In this document: piece by piece, positions 59,401 to 64,000 of the stretch
Layout of the letters: every line of letters begins with the position of its first letter
How positions within the stretch are numbered: the first letter of the stretch is position 1
Origin: the human T2T-CHM13v2.0 reference genome, Homo sapiens
DNA: 64,000 nt
NCBI RefSeq assembly: GCF_009914755.1
Contig: NC_060926.1
Reading direction: 5' to 3' (one strand)
The notes under the pieces: model-generated
The model's input: the letters and a program-made list of their open reading frames with translations, nothing else
Told to the model about the DNA's origin: nothing
Databases searched by the model: none
Translations under genes and position numbers: made by a program

Positions 59401-61167
59401 ACACTGGCTTCTCTTTGAGCCTTGAAGAGCCTCGGGGAGGGGGCCCACCTGGGATGCAGCCGCAGCCACCAGGGGCTGGGTCCCAGGTGGGTTCCCTTCC
59501 CCAAGCGTCTTCAGTGCTCTGGCGCGGCCCTTCCTGTGTCTCAGTGGGGCCATGGCCGGCGCCTCAGGGTCTGAGAAGCCTGCCCTGACCAGGGGTGCCT
59601 TCTTCAGATGACCCACCATGGGGACAAAATCTCTGCTTCTCCTGGACTGAATTGGGAGCCACGAGGAGAACCAGTCCTGAGCGCTGTCTTGGTGGAGACG
59701 TGTTCCCATCGGTTACTTCTTTTCCATTTTGGTGGACCTTGGATTTGCACCCACACCCTAATCCTGATCAGAATCTGTGGCTGCGGGGTTCAGCCCGTGC
59801 TGGGGGAGGAGAGAGAAGGGGGATGCAGGGAGGTCTGGTGAGTGACCAGTCACTGCCCCTGAGGATGGGTGGCCTGCCTGGTCCCAGCAGGAGTCCAAGT
59901 ATCTGTCTTCAAGAAACCCCAGCGAGGAGAGGCCTCTGGGGAAGAGCAACCTCCGAGGGCGCACCCCTCTTGTGCAAAGTGTTCTTGGGTTGTTGAGAGG
60001 AGGATTTCCTGCACCAGCTTCTAGGTTTCCTCCAGTGGTGGGGAGGCGGACGAGGAAAAGCAGAGTAGTGGACAGGACACGTCATGTTCCTCATAGACAT
60101 CTGGAACCTTCTCATGCATCGTTTCCTTCCCTTCTAGGCACTGCCCATTTCCCACCGGAAACTTCAGCCAGCGCTCGCTGCCTCTGCCCAGCTGTAGGGA
60201 ATCAGCGGTAGTGGAATTTCAGGGACACTCGGTTTACTAACCCAGGATCACTCAGAAGGGGTTATTGATGGGATGGCACTATGATGAGCTGAGTGAATGT
60301 CTGAGCCTGGCTGTGTCCCCAAGGCACCTCCACTCTGGTTAGGGAGACAAGCTGTGTACGCAGGAAACCGCTAGTGAGCAATTGTGGTAGGATAGAGGGG
60401 GCGACAACCAGGTAGGTATAACTGCTGGGGGACCACCCAGGAAGGCGAGTGGGAGGCGGCCAGGAGCAAGCCGGTAGAGTGCGGATGGGAAGTGGACAGC
60501 GCCTGTTGCAGAAGTCAGTGTGTGCTCATTGTTACAACTTGTCAGCTTTGTTTGAATTATGAGATACCCCCAGATGTAACAAGCTACTGGTGAAGACTGA
60601 TGATTCCAGAAGGATCAATTCTGAAACAGTAACTATGTATAAAGACCCAGTTCCCTCAGAGGAGACTCACAGAAAGACCTTCGCCTGCTTCCTGCACCTG
60701 GGCTCCACACCTGTCCTTATTCAGATATTGTCATTAGCCATGAACTCCTATGGGCAGCTAAACTCCCTCCAGTGATCAGTTGCTCATCCACAGCATATTA
60801 ATGTTATTAAAGATGGATATTACAGAGGTCTCAACTCAAGGCTGGTCATACCTACACCACTGATTTGTGAAAGGTCTGGAAAAAGTAATTGCTCTGAAAC
60901 CCCATTTCTCTGAACACTTTATTTGAATTATTCTATGTGGACTGACTTTCCACAGGGTTCGCTGCTGCTAGTGTTTGAGGAAATGGTCCTGCTTCCATGC
61001 ATATTCACATTAAGGAGAGTGAGTAAGAATATTCAGGTATAGAGAAGCCAAAAGGAGGTGTCGAGCTTTAATTTACAAGCACAAGTCCAAGCTTACTCTG
61101 TTACGTGCAGATGAAACCAGGGTCCAATGGTCAGCATCCATAGAGAATATATACATATATATATATA

Positions 61168-61441
<274 letters not shown>

Positions 61442-62524
61442 AGAATGTAATTTTTATGAAGTAGGAATCAAAAATGAATTTGATGACTTGGAGGCAGGGA
61501 AACATTGTGAGATGCTTGGAGGTGGTGAGAGGACTGTCACCATCTCTAAAGGAAGAAACCTAAGACTCAGCTTCCCTCTTTTCCTGAAGGTCTTTGGCAA
61601 GTCTTCCCTGAACTGGGCCCCAGCCAGCAGTAGTTATCCCCTGACAGGGTCTAGCACAACCCCACAGAGCAAATGTTGAATTGTTGAGCTGACTTGCGTA
61701 CACTCACGGAAATGCTGTAAAGATTAGTGCATAGATTTTTCTTCAATTACAAAATCCACTTAGATCCTTTGTCAAAGACTACATGGAAATACATTACTTG
61801 TGACCAAAGATATCACCCTTCATCCCTTTTCCTTTAGATAGAGACACATTCTGGTGTCACACAGATTAATCTCAGCTAGTGACTGTGACTTATCAGCTCA
61901 TAAATGCAAAGTCCTGTTGGGTGCACCATCAATCTGGGTAGTCATAGGGCTCTGGGTACCCATTAGAAAGCCACCTGACTAGAGGAATTTCAAGGCGATA
62001 GATAATGCTGAATGTCCCAGTTACATTATCTAGAAGCAAAACTATCCATTGTGCCTATCTGCAGCCGACCAGAAGGGTCTTGGCCAAGTTCAGGGAATCA
62101 TGGAAGCTAATAAAGGACCCCAGCAGACCAATATTCTGAGTTTAGTGCTGTTCACGTACTGAAGTAGGTGCTTAGAACATAATTTGCTGAATATGAATGA
62201 ATGAATCTGCACCATTCAGCTATACCCCATTTTCCAGGATATTTATGCATAGCGACCGTGATGCTTAAATAAATATTTCCAGTGACATAAAGCAAGGAAA
62301 TACAGTCTATACCAATTATTCCCAGCCATGCTGCTCCAAAATCTCATCTGGCAAATAGGGATCAGTATTGACAACGATTAATTAGCCTATCTCGTTTCTG
62401 CCTGTGACAGCATTATAATTGCAAATGATGCCCAGAAGCTGGAAAGTAAACTTCAAACATTGTAGATGGAACTGTGCCCAGGGTGGCCTGTTTACCCAGT
62501 GACAGCATGCATGTGTGAGCACGT

Positions 62525-62525
<1 letters not shown>

Positions 62526-62553
<28 letters not shown>
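62526..62553. repeat. (CA)14 microsatellite about 3.2 kb upstream of APOB
   Basis: Direct count. Confidence 0.92.
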
Positions 62554-62555
<2 letters not shown>

Positions 62556-64000
62556 TGAGAACTATCAGGAAAGAAATGGCACATTTAGGTGAATGGTTCA
62601 GGAGGAAGATGATAGGGTGAGCCATTGTCAACCAAATGTAGGCATTCCAGATGGATGATTAACCCCTGCGAGAAGCAAAAAGAAACTTTCCTTCTCCATC
62701 ATTCTGCTACCCAAGAGATAAGGTCAGAATGTTGAGTCGCAGTTCCTCCCGGGAGAGAAGCCAGAAGTCAGCAGGGTTCAATGTGCAGTGAGGAGCTGCG
62801 TAAGTGAATTATCACCCTCTTGCCTATGTGGATGTCATCCTTCCACCCACCCAGGGCTGGCTGCAGCCCCACCTACTGCACTGAATCTTTCTCTGGGACC
62901 AGCCCAGTTAGACTTCATAGCTTGTGACTCTGATTCCCTGTCATTCAGTTTCTAGGTAGGACAACGATGATGAAAGGCCTTCATACAAACCTGTTGTTGT
63001 CCTGAATACATTTTTCTCTTATAGCATTATTTGATTTTTCATGTGTTTACCTGTTGCCTTGCCAATGGGAGAGAGAAGCTGGGAGAGCAAGAACCATGTG
63101 TAGTTCACAGATTGGTACCCCTTGTCCTCTCTTCCTCACTGACACCCTTGCTAGGCCAGGCAGATGGTAGTCAAGCAGTAAACACTGTGATTATAATGTA
63201 ATATGGTCCATGTGAATAGGTTTCTTTCATATGCACACTTCATTTTTACTCTTGAGTGTTGCTGCTTATGTTTACATCTTCATTTAGAATGCACAGTGAA
63301 CTTGGAGCTGTAGGAGAGAGGAAGGGTCTGGGAACTGGGGCCATGGGACAGTTTCTACGGCTCTGGGTGGCAGTCCCTCATCTGTGTGATGAGAAGACAG
63401 GAATGGACGGTCTCTTAGCCCCATTCAGCTCTGACTACTTTGATTCTATGGAAATTTTGGGGCTGAAAAAACAAACACATAAATTATTTTGGGCTCAAAC
63501 CTCATGGCTATTAGGAGCTGTGGCTGAGGATCCAGAACCATCAAGCAGGAAGGATTTTATGGGAGGCCATCGACCTCTCCAAAGACCTGTGCCCACACTG
63601 CCCAAGAAATAGAAACCTTCACTCATTTTACACAGATTTCTAAATCAGATGTGGGCATGCCCTCCTGGGGATGCTGGGGCACAGGGAATTGCAACTCTCC
63701 GGAAGTTCTTCCCCACGTCTAGCTTTAGGTTTCATATTTGCCTGACCTTGGGTAAACTTTCTTAGATATAACTTAGCATTTCTTTTGAAAGGCTTTTGGT
63801 CAGCTTTTGTCAGCCACTTTTTACTACTTTTAAAAAAAGTTTTCTTTATGTTCTCTCAAGACTAAGGCTCAGAACGTGTTACCTCAGAAAGCTGAGACCA
63901 GTGCTGGTGCCGGATAGCTGGATGGATAAACACACCTCACTATTCCCACACCAGCACTACTTCTCTTCATGTATTATGGAGCACCTCCGAGAGCTTCCAG

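Larger units (their letters stand above)
58850..59560. promoter_or_regulatory. CpG-rich region over promoter, exon 1 and intron 1
   Basis: Very high GC content and CpG density compared with the rest of the window. Confidence 0.75.

Overview
Human genomic DNA containing the complete APOB gene (apolipoprotein B-100/B-48) on the minus strand. I traced all 29 exons through GT/AG junctions. The ATG is at 59165 and the stop ends at 16949, giving a 13,692-nt CDS (4563 aa) that includes the 7,572-nt exon 26. The TSS is about 59293, with a TATA box, HNF4/C-EBP/FOXA promoter elements and the intron-2 enhancer. The APOBEC1 C-to-U editing cassette lies at 25534-25549, the polyA signal at 16671-16676, and the AT-rich 3' VNTR (about 35 x 15 bp) at 15951-16470. 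Introns and flanks carry Alu, L1, L2, MIR, MaLR LTR and hAT (MER) elements. The coding haplotype differs from the canonical protein as I recall it (V618, R1923, L2739). This is a very well-studied locus and I found no convincing wholly new system. The best leads are: a 22-codon sORF in a putative downstream read-through transcript with its own polyA signal; an unexplained 122-bp duplicated module with an invariant 21-mer about 10 kb downstream; a strong CTCF site at the edge of the intron-2 enhancer; the quasi-palindromic VNTR; an in-frame +15 cryptic donor at exon 25; inverted Alu pairs around in-frame exon blocks; and a sense-strand hairpin in intron 8. Most short ORFs in the track are spurious. 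Variant IDs and literature facts are from memory, not from a database search.
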